A stretch of 64,000 bases of DNA from Felis catus (lineage: Eukaryota). Location of the stretch: NCBI RefSeq assembly GCF_018350175.1, contig NC_058371.1:6262001-6326000 (forward strand), in the 5' to 3' direction. The notes beneath the pieces were generated by a model. The model did no database searches, had not been told where the DNA came from, and saw nothing but the letters and a program-made list of their open reading frames with translations. Below are positions 1 to 13,464 of this stretch, piece after piece. The position numbers and the translations under genes were made by a program. The number at the start of each line of letters is the position of its first letter. Position 1 is the first letter of the stretch.

Positions 1-154
1 GGGCAGAGAGAGAAGGAGACACAGAATCTGAAGCAGGCTCCAGGCTCTGAGCTGTCAGCACAGACCCTGACGCGGGGCTCAAACTCACAAGCTGTGAGAT
101 CATGACCTGAGCTGAAATCGGACACTTAACTGACTGAGCCACCCAGGCACCCCC
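1..154 (-). mobile_element. CanSINE (SINEC_Fc-like), cut by the window edge
   Basis: Reverse complement of the GGGGTGCCTGGGTGGCTCAGTCAGTTAAG...GATTCTGTGTCTCC consensus. Confidence 0.95.
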
Positions 155-199
155 AAATTAGCAATTTAATAACAAATTACAACACTGTACAATTGTCTG

Positions 200-3100
200 A
201 TAGCAGCATAGTAGAGACTAGAATACCCCAAATAGAAGAAAACTCAACACAGGCAACCATCTGGCCAGTGTTTTCCCTGAAGGTAAAAACATTATGGACA
301 GTAAGGCCAATAACTAGTATCAAGGATTTTCTCCAAAGCCTATGATTTCTGAAATATTTTTATGTGTAGCATTGTACCTATTAAATGTTCACCTAGACAG
401 GCTGAGTGGCCCTTCTGATTTCACAAGAATCGTTAACAACAGTGACACAATAAACCTGGTTACCCCCCAGTTCTCTTATAAGAAAAAAACGTATTTTCTT
501 GATTTCCAGGGATTCTTTGAGAAATCTCAAGGATAGTTTTAGGTGCAAATGATATCCTTAAAGTTTTATTTTTATATATTTAAGATCCAAGGCAAAAATC
601 AAAAAAGTTACCGGACGAGGTTCACACAAATGTTTAAGATAGGATCATGAGTGCTCGAGAACCAATACCAGATAAGTTATTTAATCAAAGTGATAAGAAA
701 ACACTTAAAAATAAGCATAGACTGTAACCTAAGTGAGCAAACTTTATTTTATTAATCACTGGCATCAAACAGTCAACATGAAAGGGAGACGATTACTCTG
801 TTACAACACAGTCTTTGCTCTCTAATTAGGCAGATTATGTGGAAAATTAAGACTGGTCATTCACATTGCATAGGCAAAGGGGTAATCAGTAACCAAAACA
901 CAGCCTGTCTACATCAGGCATGATTGACTAAAATTGTAACACATTTTGGGCTTTCCTTCAGACTCAAGTATTATAAACTAAAGCAAGTTAAGTGAACTTT
1001 CCAAGTTTTGTTCTTCAATATGCCTTTTCTTATCCTGTGGCAGACTGACGCATTAAGCACAGAGCTGTGTTCATGTGGTCACAGCAATTTAATAGTAACA
1101 CTGAGATGCTATTTCTGTTAACAGGCAATGCGTTCTTGCTATCTTTAAGTACATCAATAAATATTGTTAAAGCTTTTCAGTTTCAATTTCTATGAGGTTA
1201 AATATCGATAGCCATAATCCACATAAACAAAGGCTCTTTGGGTTCCTCAGTAAATCCCAACAGTATAAAGTATATAAACTATATAATAGTATAAAGGAGT
1301 CCAGAGACCATAAAACTTGAAAACCACTGCTTTAAGAGATATAAAATTACTTCTTCTTTTTTTTTTTTTTTAAAAACAGACATATGCACGATTGTATTCC
1401 TTTGTCAGTATTACTCTTAGTGTAAACTTAACCATTCATATTAATTATATTTTTTAGCCAAAGTAACCAAATTCTATTTCATAGATAACTGGGGAGAATA
1501 ACTGAGAAATGTCCATCTCACCCAGGCAAGTTAGCAGACCAGCAAGGCATCGATTACACTGTCCTACTGCTGTGTCTCCTTTACACCCTTTTAAAGTTGC
1601 AAAAATGAACAAGTTCATTGGCACGACCCAAAGACAGAGCTTCTGTATAACGTAAAAAAATAAGCAAAGATACATAAAAAATTAGAACTACATATAGTAA
1701 TCAGTATTTCGGTATTCTCTTATAAATTACTGAGTTCTCCAACAATTTTTAAATTAATATCCGCCCAAGGTTTATGTTAACCTAATATTAAAAGATAAAC
1801 TGAAGCACCTTAAAATTTTTAAGAGGTTATTTGAGCAAAATTTGATTTGAATCAGGCACCGCCAAACTGGAGGTGGTTAGGGGTTCTCCCCTGCCATAAG
1901 CTAGGGAAAATACTTATAAAGAAGAGGTGGAATCAAAGCAAGAAAATTATTCCATTGGCTGTAGGTTAAGCGGTTGTCTCATATGGGAAAACTTAGTTGG
2001 CTCTTCCGGATTGGTTGTTTTTAGGTTTTGATTTCTTAGCCTTAAGGCATTTATAGGCTCCCATTCTGGTTTGCTTATGTAGGTTACTAGAGCTTTAAAG
2101 CCACCTTAGTCTAATGGCCTCCTTGTTTAATTAATTTAACACTAAAGATCCTGGAAATTATCTTCATGCTGACATGTTACTAAACACGATTAGTATTGAT
2201 GTAAAAAGTTTGTTAGAATAATGATTTGTCACAAATTTAGTTTTTATAATCTTAAGCATTATATAGGAGTAATCTTATTTTATCTGACCAATAAACCTAA
2301 GTCTAGGAAAAATAAACCCAAGTAGAATAAAATGTATGTTTATATTATACTTAACATGGATGATTCAGATAAGACATAACTGTTTTCATTAAGTGAAACT
2401 TATTAAACTAATATTAATTTCCAAACATATTAACTGTGTGAATTTGAATTCTTAAAATATTTCAGTTAGTTACAATTTCAGCCACTGGTCAAGAATAAAG
2501 ACAGAAATACTAAAACCTGTCTAGATTTCAAAGAGCTATTCTCCTTCCTTGTGGGAATGAAAGTCTTAATTGATTTTTAGCTCCAAAACGGGCAAATGAG
2601 CAAAGACTGATAAACCCAGTCCTCTATGGTCTCTTACCAAAAAAGAATAAATCTCTATAATCCATTCATTAATTTATATAGAACACTAAGTAGACCATAA
2701 AACGAAATTCCTAAGCATTGCTTCCACCAATGGAGAATAATACATTCCTTAATGAAACAAAACAAAACAAAAGCTAGTAGAGAGGAAAATTGAAATTAGA
2801 GAAACAGAGAGTCAGCAAAGTTCTGTTGCCACTTGGCATTCAGCTTTGGAAGCCAATAATAAATGTTCCTGGACTAAAAGCTTCCTGTGGAGTATTCTCC
2901 GGTGATGAAGATTAGCTACTTCTGTCAGATGAATCTATTGGGCATCTTGGTGGAAAACCTGCATAACTGTTAAAAGATATCTTCTTAAAGGTACATCATA
3001 ACTTTCTCACTCACAGAAAATGAATATGTGTTAAAGATTTTATTTAACTCATTAGTTAATGATGAGACAGGAAAGTTGTTTTATCCTCTTTGGAGGAGAA

Positions 3101-3400
3101 TCCACAGAGCGGACGTGCTAATGGACCATGAGGAGTGCTGACGTGGCTTTGTTAACAGATCCAAAGTGGCTTTGTCAGGAGTGGGAGAGGGAAGTCAATT
3201 GAGCATCCACTGGAGGGAATTTGCATTTCTACAGATAAGAATATTTGCATCACTATCAATTTTCTACAACTAATAGAGTTGTAAAATAGCTCAAAGACCA
3301 TGAAAGGCATGAGCCCCATAGGAGCAGACAACCCTGAGGGTGTGTGTGCTGAACAACTCATAGGTAGGTGTCCCCTAAAGATACCCGGTAATCTTTTGTT
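200..3400 (-). mobile_element. Degraded ERV1-like internal/LTR sequence hosting the solo LTR
   Basis: General resemblance to MER4-group internal and LTR sequence (LTR-like block about 3027-3390); no ORF; by eye only. Confidence 0.35.
1786..2141 (-). mobile_element. Solo ERV1-class LTR (MER57/MER93-like; family uncertain)
   Basis: Minus strand starts TGTTAAATTAATTAAACAAGGAGGCCATTAGACT; CCAAT-like boxes; 4-bp TSD CTAA at 1782-1785 and 2142-2145. Confidence 0.7.
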
Positions 3401-4199
3401 CCATTTTAAAGTATTTCACAGGGTTTTTCCTCCAGCCTTGATTCTGCAACTAACTCTTTTTACTTTATCATATATTTCTCCACCCATTAACCATCTTATG
3501 TTGTTATTCATCTTTGAAGAAGTTGCAGATACCAATCCATATTGTTATTTAAGGAGCTTCCTTAAAAGCTTTCCTTAAATCAAGGGAATTATATTGGGTA
3601 TATTTCCTAATACCTAATTTATAAGAACAGATAAGTAACTATGCTTAATGATAACATGGCTGCATTTCAGGCCAGAACCATTTGTCACACCAACCTGAAC
3701 ATGTGCTGTCTGTCATGGCACTTGTGATCATTGTACACGAGGGAGAGCTTGTCTCTTGTAGGTTCTGTGGCTGGACTGTGTAAATGAACCTTTCATCCTC
3801 TAGATTCCATATCACATATCTACAAGTCAGTTTTTTGTGGGTTTTTTTTGTTTTGTTTTTGTTGTTGTTTTTTTTGCCTTCTGTGTATTTTTTTCTCTGC
3901 ACTTAGACTTTTATTCTGGGGTTTGAGTTTCTTTATATACAACTGTTTTTCTCCCTTGGCTGAGGATGAAAGGTACTATCAGGCTTATGGTTGACTTAAC
4001 TGTCCAACCTTCCTTCACTCAGACTTAATAGGGGTCATGTCCATGGTTTTCCCTTTTTGAGTGGTATTAATAGAATAGATTAATAGATTATATTCATATA
4101 TTCATGTGTATGAAGTATGTGTGTACTTCCCATTTTATATTCATCTATTTATGATAAATAGTAAACTAATATTATTTTGAGTGCTTACTGTCCAGTAGT

Positions 4200-4480
4200 C
4201 ACTGTTCAAGTTACTGGGGGATTTTAGCCGGGAGATGATTTAAGTAGCTTTCACGGTAATCCATGTGAGATGATGGAATATTTCAAGTGGCGTAGATGTA
4301 TCCATGTTCTGATACATGTGCACGGTTGAGTTGATGGGATGAATCAATGGATTGGATGTGGGGTGTGAGAAAATAATGATGAGTGAGCGATGATAAAAAT
4401 GTTCTTGAGCAGGAGTAGAAATAGCATTAAACCAATGAAGCTATAGAAGGAGTGGGCTTGGGAGAGAAGATCAGTAATTT
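4200..4480 (-). mobile_element. L2 fragment
   Basis: Typical L2 antisense motifs (GATGGATTGGATGTGGGGTGTGAGA). Confidence 0.5.
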
Positions 4481-4662
4481 AATTGTTTTCTGCTATTGTG
4501 AGAGAAAATATATAATATAAAATTTGCCTTTTTAACCTGTTTAAGTGTACAGTTCAGTGACTGTGTTCAGTGTTGTGCAGTCAACATCACTGTCTACTTC
4601 CAAAACATTTTCTTCACTTCAGAATAAAACTCTGAACTCATGAAGCAATAACTTCCCATTCC

Positions 4663-4819
4663 NNNNNNNNNNNNNNNNNNNNNNNNNNNNNNNNNNNNNN
4701 NNNNNNNNNNNNNNNNNNNNNNNNNNNNNNNNNNNNNNNNNNNNNNNNNNNNNNNNNNNNNNNNNNNNNNNNNNNNNNNNNNNNNNNNNNNNNNNNNNNN
4801 NNNNNNNNNNNNNNNNNNN
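4663..4819. other. Assembly gap (157 N)
   Basis: Run of N inside the L1. Confidence 1.
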
Positions 4820-5548
4820 ATGTATCAGAACTTCAGTACTTTTTATGGCTGAATAATAATTTGCACCGCGTGTAAAACCAAATTAACTTTATCCATTCAT
4901 CGATTGTTGAGCACAGAGGCTATACCCACCTTTTGGTTGTTGTGTATAATGTTATAATGACAATTCTCACACAAGCATCTGAGTCCATGTTTTCAATTCT
5001 TTTTGGTATATACCTAGGAGTAAGTTTGTTGATTGTATGGTAATTCTGTGTTTAACTTTTTGGAGAACCACCGAACAGTTTTCCACAATAGTGGCATCAC
5101 TTTTTGTCAACGTTAGTTATTTTTCATGTTTTTTTTTTTTAAATTGTAGCCAACCTAGTTAGGCAGGAAAGGATATCTCACTGAGGGGTATCTCATTTTG
5201 TTTTGGATTTCCCTAATTAGTGATGTGGAACACCTTTCCATGTGCTCATTGTCCATTTGCTTTTTTTCTTAGAAGAAATGTCTATTCACGTTATTTGCCC
5301 ATTTTTAAAATGAGTTGTTTGTCCTTTTATTTGCTGAGTTGTAGGAGTTCTTTATATATGCTGGATATTAAACCCTTGTCTGATACAGGATTGGCAGATT
5401 TTTTTTCTCCTACCTGTGGGTTATATTTTCATTCTCTTAATAGTGTCTTTTGATGCATAAAAGTTTTAAATTTTGATGAAGTCCAATTTATTTTTTTCAT
5501 TTTGCCTGTGATTTTGGTGCCGTATTTAAGGAACTATTGCCAATCCAG

Positions 5549-5677
5549 NNNNNNNNNNNNNNNNNNNNNNNNNNNNNNNNNNNNNNNNNNNNNNNNNNNN
5601 NNNNNNNNNNNNNNNNNNNNNNNNNNNNNNNNNNNNNNNNNNNNNNNNNNNNNNNNNNNNNNNNNNNNNNNNNNNNN
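5549..5677. other. Assembly gap (129 N)
   Basis: Run of N at an L1/SINE junction. Confidence 1.
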
Positions 5678-5893
5678 GCCTGGGTGGCTCAGTTGGTTAA
5701 GCGTCTGACTTCAGCTCAGGTCATGATATCATGGTGTGTGGATTCGAGCCCCGCATCGGGTGCTGACAGCTTAGAGCTTAGAGCCTGCTTCAGATTCTGT
5801 GTCTCCCTCTCTCTCTCCTCCCTCCCCCACTCGTGCTATGTATCACTCTCTCTTAAAAAATAAATAAACATTAAAAATTTCTTTAAAAAAATA
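5678..5893 (+). mobile_element. CanSINE
   Basis: tRNA-derived head, (CT)n tract, AATAAA and A tail. Confidence 0.95.
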
Positions 5894-6019
5894 AGGTGAA
5901 GGTCCAACATCATTCTTTTGTATGTGGTCATCTAGTTCTCTCAGCACCGTTTGTTGAAGAGACTGTTCTTTACATATGAATGGTCTTGCCACCTTTGTCA
6001 AAAATCACTTGACCTTAAT

Positions 6020-6120
6020 GACACCTGGTTGAGGATCCAACTTCAGCTCTGGTCATGATCTCATGGTTCATGGGTTCAGACCCCGTGTCAGGCACTGTGC
6101 TGACAGCTCAGAGCCTGGAG
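6020..6120 (+). mobile_element. CanSINE 5' part, runs into the gap
   Basis: GGTCATGATCTCATGGTTCATGGGTTC...GCTGACAGCTCAGAGCCTGGAG. Confidence 0.9.
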
Positions 6121-6433
6121 NNNNNNNNNNNNNNNNNNNNNNNNNNNNNNNNNNNNNNNNNNNNNNNNNNNNNNNNNNNNNNNNNNNNNNNNNNNNNNNN
6201 NNNNNNNNNNNNNNNNNNNNNNNNNNNNNNNNNNNNNNNNNNNNNNNNNNNNNNNNNNNNNNNNNNNNNNNNNNNNNNNNNNNNNNNNNNNNNNNNNNNN
6301 NNNNNNNNNNNNNNNNNNNNNNNNNNNNNNNNNNNNNNNNNNNNNNNNNNNNNNNNNNNNNNNNNNNNNNNNNNNNNNNNNNNNNNNNNNNNNNNNNNNN
6401 NNNNNNNNNNNNNNNNNNNNNNNNNNNNNNNNN
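6121..6433. other. Assembly gap (313 N)
   Basis: Run of N. Confidence 1.
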
Positions 6434-6661
6434 TTGTGTTTCTTTTTCCAGATTGTTTGGGCTATTTGGATTTTCTTGGAGTGCCATATAAACTTTGGGA
6501 TGTTTTTCCATTTTTACAAAGTGTTAAGTCTACTTTAGATAGTCTTGTCATCTTATAGCATTAAGTCTTCCTGTGCAGGACCGCAGGATGTCTTTCTGTG
6601 TATTTAGGTCTTTTTAAATTTCTTTCATCAATGTTTTTTTAAATTTTCACTGTACATTTTT

Positions 6662-6879
6662 TTTTAATTTTTTTTTCAACGTTTATTTATTTTTGAAACA
6701 GAGAGAGACAGAGCATGAACGGGGGAGGGGCAGAGAGAGAGGGAGACACAGAATCGGAAACAGGCTCCAGGCTCTGAGCCATCAGCCCAGAGCCCAACGC
6801 GGGGCTCGAACTCACGGACCGCAAGATCGTGACCTGGCTGAAGTCGGATGCTTAACCGACTGTGCCACCCAGGCGCCCC
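6662..6879 (-). mobile_element. Young feline CanSINE (SINEC_Fc) with TSD
   Basis: CpG-rich, near consensus; TSD TCACTGTACATTTTT at 6647-6661 and 6880-6894. Confidence 0.97.
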
Positions 6880-7204
6880 TCACTGTACATTTTTTTTGTG
6901 TCTCTTTTATTAACTTTATTCCCAAGTATTTTATTCTTTTGGATGCTATTATCAATGAAATTGTTTCTTAATTTCCTTTTCTTAGTGTTCATTATCCATA
7001 TATAAAAATACAACTGATTTTTGCACACTGATTTTTTTTATAGTACATCTTTGCTGGATTCATTTATGAGTTCTCACAGTTTTTCTGGGTTCTTTAGAGC
7101 TTTCCTCATATAAGATTATCTCATTTATGAATAGAAATAGCTTTATTTCTTTTCCGATTTGGATGTCTTTTGTTTTATTTCATTTTTGTTGCCTAAGTGC
7201 CTGG

Positions 7205-7460
7205 CTGGAACGATACCTTAGTTTTGGACATGTTAAATCTGAGATCCTTGTTAGACCTCCAGATGAACTTCCTTCCCATGTAGGTGGTAGAATATTTGAG
7301 TCTGGGCATCAGGGAATAGTTCTGTGCTAGAGATACAGTATTGGGAACCACCAGCATGCAGCTAGTATGTAAAACCCTGAGGCTGTACGAAAGATCGCCT
7401 GGAGAATGAGTACAGGTAAAGAAGGGCAAAGCCGTGGAGAGGAAGCCTCGCATTGTAGAA
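7205..7460 (-). mobile_element. L2 fragment
   Basis: AGTTTTGGACATGTTAAATCTGAGAT motif. Confidence 0.7.
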
Positions 7461-8872
7461 GTCAGGAGGATTTCCTTTTCCCTTCCCCTTCGTTCCTTGG
7501 GATACTTCCCCCCACAGATGACACTCTCCTGGCATCGCTTGGATGGTTCTACAGAGGAAAGTAGATGCCGTGGAAGGGGCGCTTCTTGGATTTTATTTGG
7601 TGCTGGTCACATCACTACGCCTGCATAGTTTTCATTCAAGGATAACACTGAAGATCGTGATTAGGTTTCAGCCAGAATCTCCCTTGGTGATCAGAGACAC
7701 CCACAGAGAGGCTTCTGAGTCTCCAGACTCAGCCCACAAAGTTGTGCTACAGTGGTTCCCTTTGTATCCCAAACAGATGAGAGTTACAATAGACTATTCT
7801 GCAAGGGTAACTGAAAAGAGATTGCAGTCATCTCTGAGTTAGCACGTCTGCCACATCTCTGAGTTCTCCATCGAGTGTCTTTGTGATCCGGGTTATCTCT
7901 TCATTCTCCTTCCTCCACCTTCCCCAGATATACCCACACAGTACAGGCCCCTTTGACTCCATGGTGTGTGTCCACACGGGGTCCTCTGAATGCCTCGCTT
8001 ATTCGCCTGGTCCCTCAAGACACAGTACGTGTACAATGGTTAGTTCATGGTTACAATACATAGTGGGTTGCGTTTGAAATACATCAGTTACAAAAATGTA
8101 TAAATAATGTGAGTTCATTTTTGTTTTTTTTGAAAAATTATATATACACACCCTCCCACGGAAAGAACATTTGGCAGAGTATATACCCAATTATTAAACA
8201 ATAGTCATTTTTCTCACTGGTGGAATTACTGGGGAATTTTTCTAATGATATATTTCCAAAGCGTTGAATATGTATATATTTTGCTGTCAGCATGCTTTTC
8301 TTATGTAAATAAAAAAAGTATTTAAAAACTCATTAAAAAAAAACCTTTACACTTCCAGTTAATAGCAGATGCTGACCCATAAATAAGCGATGCCTTTTTA
8401 TCTGAGCTTCTCTGTGCAAGAGGTTAAAGCATTTGATTGACCAGCGCAACAGGAACATAAGTGTTACTGTGTGTGCACCACCTAGGCAAGGAAAAATGGC
8501 TCTTCGACCTGTAAAAAATGCCTTTCTTACTCTCACCCTCCTTGCACGTCTATAAGCAGGATGGCATCTTTGGTGGTCTGCCAGCTAACTAGTAGAATGG
8601 ACTTCTGGAGGGAAGCCTTTTTCCCCCTCTCCTTTTCTACCTCATGCCCTGGATTATTTTGGATTGATTTGGGGATAAGTAACTGACTTTCTATCTCTTG
8701 TGCTGTTTTTTTTTTTCCAGGAATATAAAGTTTTTTTCTTTTGATATATGCTTAAATGTTTATTTTTAAGTGATGTAACTTTTCAAAAAATGTATTAAAG
8801 TAAATTTCTGTGGGAAAAAATGTTTTTTACATTTCTGACTGTTTTTTGTTCCTTCTCTTTTGAAATCTCTAG

Positions 8873-8910
8873 CCAACAAGAACATTAGTCATGACAAGCA
8901 TGCCATCTGA
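8873..8910 (+). CDS. MCPH1: Microcephalin coding exon (human exon 10 equivalent), start of BRCT2
   Basis: AG at 8871-8872 and GTAAGT at 8911; 38 nt; translates PTRTLVMTSMPS(E), matching microcephalin; phase joins the next exon (GA|A). Confidence 0.96.
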
Positions 8911-9873
8911 GTAAGTACTCCTTGTTTTGATAACTTTCTACTCAATGTAAAATTTTGGATTTTTCTTTCGTATTCTGTGATGCTGTGCTTGTAACACAGC
9001 TCGTAGCATTGCACTATGTTGCTTTTACTCTATATAATTGATATTGGCATAAGAAGAACCCTGGAAATAAGAGACTATGAACAGTTTAGCAGTGAAGACT
9101 TTTGGAGTTGTTTAGATAGCATTAAGAGGTATTACAGTATTTTGCTTTTCTTCTTGCTTGCTTCATATCTACGGGCTCTGTGTGTCCATGACTTTTACCC
9201 CATGAAAGTTCAGTAAATGGAGCATCGCTCGCTGACTCCCTCACAGTTCTTAAAGAAACACTTTGGTGGGAAGCTCTCTACCACTATATTAAAGCCGCTA
9301 TCTGCACATTTTGTGAAAAGAGTTAATAGCTTGTTGGCACACTCTTATCGTCTTCCTTAAACATGTAACACAATATATAGCACATCCAACAAAAATATAG
9401 CACCATATTCTTTGTAGCAGATTTTTGAATTCCTGTCTAAAGGGGAAAACCATAGGTTTTGTTTTGTTTTCGTTTTTTTTATCAGTCATAGGTTTTAAGG
9501 TTTGAAGACATTCATCAAAATATTGGGACATTTCAATGAACAGTTGCCTGCAAAAAAGTGTATTCTTGCAATACTTTCTGTTGCAGGGTCCTTTTCCTAC
9601 CCATGGCATGTGAAATTAAAAGGACTGATTGTTCAAACACCTTACATTAGCTACTGGAAAAAGAGCACAGTCAACAATGTTGGCTAATCTCTTATGAAGT
9701 ATACTGAGCATTCTACATAGTCTAATACGGGAGTGAAAATTGAGAATGGTAGGTGTAGTATCTTTAAAAGTCTGTAGTTTTGCTCCCAGGATAAAACATA
9801 CTAGTAAATAATCATTTTCTCAATCAAAGTTTTGAAAATGAAAGTTTTCATTCAGGCCATATTCTCTTTTTAC

Positions 9874-9891
9874 TCCCCCCCCCCCCCCCCC
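9874..9891. repeat. Poly-C tract
   Basis: About 18 consecutive C. Confidence 0.9.
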
Positions 9892-11218
9892 ATATACTTC
9901 GTGTCTGAAGCTAAGAGCAAAACCTAGACGTTCTGATACCACACTGATTAGCCGTGTCTCGAAGAGACACTTGTTGTTGATTAACACATCCAGCAAAGAG
10001 CTGGCAGCTACCAGACTCGGAATCAGGAAAATCATCAATATGCAGAAATGATGGGTTCTGGGGAGCATATCATTTAGACCGTTTCACTTCTTTATTGCTT
10101 TTGTTTTCTTTGTCCCAGTAAGCACAGATTCTCTGGTTGAAGTGGTGATAGGGCCTGGGCCTTGACCCATTCATGTTTTTTGCCCTAGGGATCTCTGAGA
10201 ATTTAAACTGTGCTACGGTTCAGCCCTTTCATTTCACATGTAAAGAAATGGGTCTTGCGCGTTGACATCCTCGAGATGACTAGAGAGAAACTCAGAGGCA
10301 CCTTGGAGTAGACAGGGTGCTGTTAGAGGCGGTCTGTGCAAGCATGTGCAACAGCAGCCTCTTTTCCTTCATAACAACTTTTGGAGACGAGAGAAATTTA
10401 TCTCTTAACTCACTGTGTACGTCATAGTGTGGCTCAGAATGCCCTTCGTGTCCTTTGTATTTCACTGGGGATTTCCAAAACTTGCTGGGAGGGATAGGGG
10501 AGTGCAATGTGTCACAAGCAAAGGCTTTAGAAAGGTGGTCATAAAGGAAAGACAGGGAGAATGGTGAGCAATTTGGTGAGGAAATTAGAGGGGAAGAATA
10601 TGTATTTTTCTAAAGGTGCTTGAGGCACGCGTGGAATGACAGACCAGAAGGCAAACAATGATGGGCTCTGAAACAATAAGGAGACTCTGCCAAATTTGCC
10701 CTAAGATTTGATCTGATAATGTCATAAGAAGGGCCCTTTTCTCCCTCATACTTAGAACAAAAAAAAAAAAAAACTGTATGTGTGAATTCAGACAAATGTT
10801 AAATATCGAATGAAATCAGCAAGTGATACGTTCGGTCCTGACCGTGCGTGGATTGGTTCGCATCTGTCCGAGAAGGAAGTGTGGTATGGTAGGAAAAGCA
10901 GAGGCTGGTCTGTGATGCTGGCAGCTTCCCTGGCGTTGGGCACGGGGGTGGGTGGGTGGGGAGCTGCTTCTATCTTGGGGCCGTTTTCTCAGCTATTCAA
11001 CTAGATAGTTGTAGTTGAGAGCTAAAGTTTTTGAATTTCCCCAAATGTTAAGTCATTGACCGTAAAGAATTTAACACAGGAGTTCCATGGCTGAGATCAG
11101 TGTAGAATTTTAGCTTTCTAGTTCTTAGAAATTACGATTCAGTCTTACCACCTTATTGTTCATATGTAGGAAACTTAGTCATTTTGTTGATTTTCTTTTT
11201 TTCCCTCCTGTTTAACAG

Positions 11219-11381
11219 AACACAGAACATCGTCATCCAGGTTGTGAACACATTGAAGGGCTTTTCACTTGCCCAGGAAGTGTGTGAAACTACTACCCAT
11301 GTGCTCGCCGGCAAGCCTCTGCGCACTCTGAATGTGCTGCTGGGAATTGCCCGTGGCTGCTGGGTTCTCTCTTATGAGTGG
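11219..11381 (+). CDS. MCPH1: Microcephalin coding exon (exon 11 equivalent), BRCT2 core
   Basis: Polypyrimidine tract + CAG at 11216-11218 and GTAAGC at 11382; 163 nt; [54 protein letters not shown]. Confidence 0.98.
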
Positions 11382-13464
11382 GTAAGCATTTGTGTGAGCA
11401 AATGTTGGACGTACATATGTTACAACAGAAGGTGTTTTGATAGACGCAGTCTCCCCAAGACGGTGACACTAGATCACTAGATTTGCACTTGGCTAATTTG
11501 CACACTTTCCTATGAGCAGTAGACACCATGTTCCTGTTGTGTCCTTGAACCCCCTCTCCCTTTGGGTCTCCACCTTCAGCCACTGCTGATCGCGCGGCAG
11601 CAGGCGTGTGGACCGAGAGCAGAAGAGTGGCCGTCCAGATACAGACCTCAGCCACTGGCAGAAATAAGATTAGAACAGGCTTGGAATGAAAACACAAAAT
11701 GCGTGTTCTCACAGTCAAATGAACTTTCTTCTGTGTTTGACCAAGAAATAATGTGACCTATGTTAGTGATGGTTTAAAAAGCCAAAAGAATTCAGTGATT
11801 GTTTTTACAGATGGATTTACTTAGGATGAAACATGTTCATTTAATCCCATTTGGATATGTTTTATCTTACGCATATCTATCTGTAACATTACTTGCCCTT
11901 ATTTCTGTGCATTGAAGGTAGATTGTTTTTTTAATCATTGTTTTCTTTATTCATAGAAATTGAGATTGTTTGTTCTCTTTCTATTTTTACTTTGGTCCTC
12001 AACCTATGGTCACTCCAAAGCACTGACGTCTGATGAGAGTACAGTCATTTGTGACTTGTGTTACTACTATATTGCATCTGCTACATATCCACCCTCCTTC
12101 CTCTTCTCCCTAACAACGTATCATATTAATACTGTGTTAATTTAAACCGGTAGAATTATAATACACAAACAAGCTACAGATGGATTTTTAAGAACGGCTC
12201 TGGTCTTTTTCCGGGGTCATGACTTAACCCTGCAGCTTTCTGGTCCAAGATGTTTGTGACATTAGCGCTTAAAGTCATGAAGTGGAAAAGTTTGAAATTC
12301 TATCCCCCCAACACAAAAGTACGATTTTCATTGGTGACAGTTGGTGACTACCATACTTCATTATGTGTTTGTACTGATCCACATTTATTTGTAAGAAATA
12401 TCATTTATAACTCCAGCTTCCATGAATGAATACCCTGCCTTCTTTTCGTCAATTCACAGTGTTTCTGTATCTTTATCAGCTAGCTCTTCCTTCCCTCATG
12501 TCTCAGAGGAAAAAATGTTCTTTATCATTTGTGAGGATATACATCTATGCCTGATTCTGTACCCGACCTATTCTTCTGGGACTCTGAGCAGAGAAGTCAG
12601 ACATGAGAATCAGCATTTACTGTTGCCATGCGTAAAGACCAACTCCCTAGCTGCCTCCATGTTTATGCTCAATGTACTGCCAATATTCTCCCCCTAATAA
12701 TACATAGAAACAGAGCCAGATGCAAATTTAACATATGGTTACTATATGTGGGATTAACCACTACACGTTAGAAAGGCAAGAAGTCGAATGTGTTATTTGG
12801 TGAACTTCCAGTGCTCAGGCAGAACTGGGCCACTTGGTCACATGAGTGAATGAATGAAGTACAGGTGCAATCAGGTAAGAAAATCAAATAAAATACATTT
12901 AGGTTAGAGTGGAAGAAATGGCACTGTGTCTGTTTGTAGACACCGTGATTGTCCATGTAGACAATCCCAAGAAATCTACAAAAAAACTCTTAGAACATAT
13001 TACCAGGATACAAAGATGTAATCATACAGGGTCAACATTGAAATACTTAAGTGTAATCTAACATAAAAATATCTGCAGGGTCTGTATGCTTAAAACTATA
13101 AAACACGGGTTTAAAACAATCTATGAACTAACAAAGGGAGAGACATACTATGTTCATGGATTGGAAGACTCAGTGTAGTTAAAATGTCGTTCTTCCCCAA
13201 AACAGTTTACAGATTCAACACATTCCCAATCAAATCTCAGAATAATTCTTTGAAAATAGAGACAAATTGATTATTTATGTATACACATGTATAGTTTAGA
13301 ATCAGGATAAAAATCTTCATGACCCAGATTTAGGTGGAGAGTTCTCAGATGCAACATGAGAAGCATGATGTGTAAAAGGAAAAGTGATAAATGACACTTC
13401 ATCAAATGTAAAAATTTATACTCTGTGAAGAACATTATGAGGAACCCAATATAAAACATTTCCA

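Larger units (their letters stand above)
4500..7200 (-). mobile_element. Old LINE-1 (L1MB-like) 3' end and ORF2 remnants, interrupted by three SINEs and three gaps
   Basis: L1 3'-end signature (AATATAAAATTTGCC...AAGTGTACAGTTCAGT) and antisense ORF2 motifs (TTTATTCCCAAGTATTTTATTC). Confidence 0.85.

Noticed and set aside
5502-6558. Long ORFs containing X runs (also 41921-42477)
   Set aside because: Artefacts of reading through N gaps.
1-8872. MCPH1 exon 9, and ANGPT2 exons 1-2 at the other end of the window
   Set aside because: No matching coding sequence seen; they are expected outside the window.
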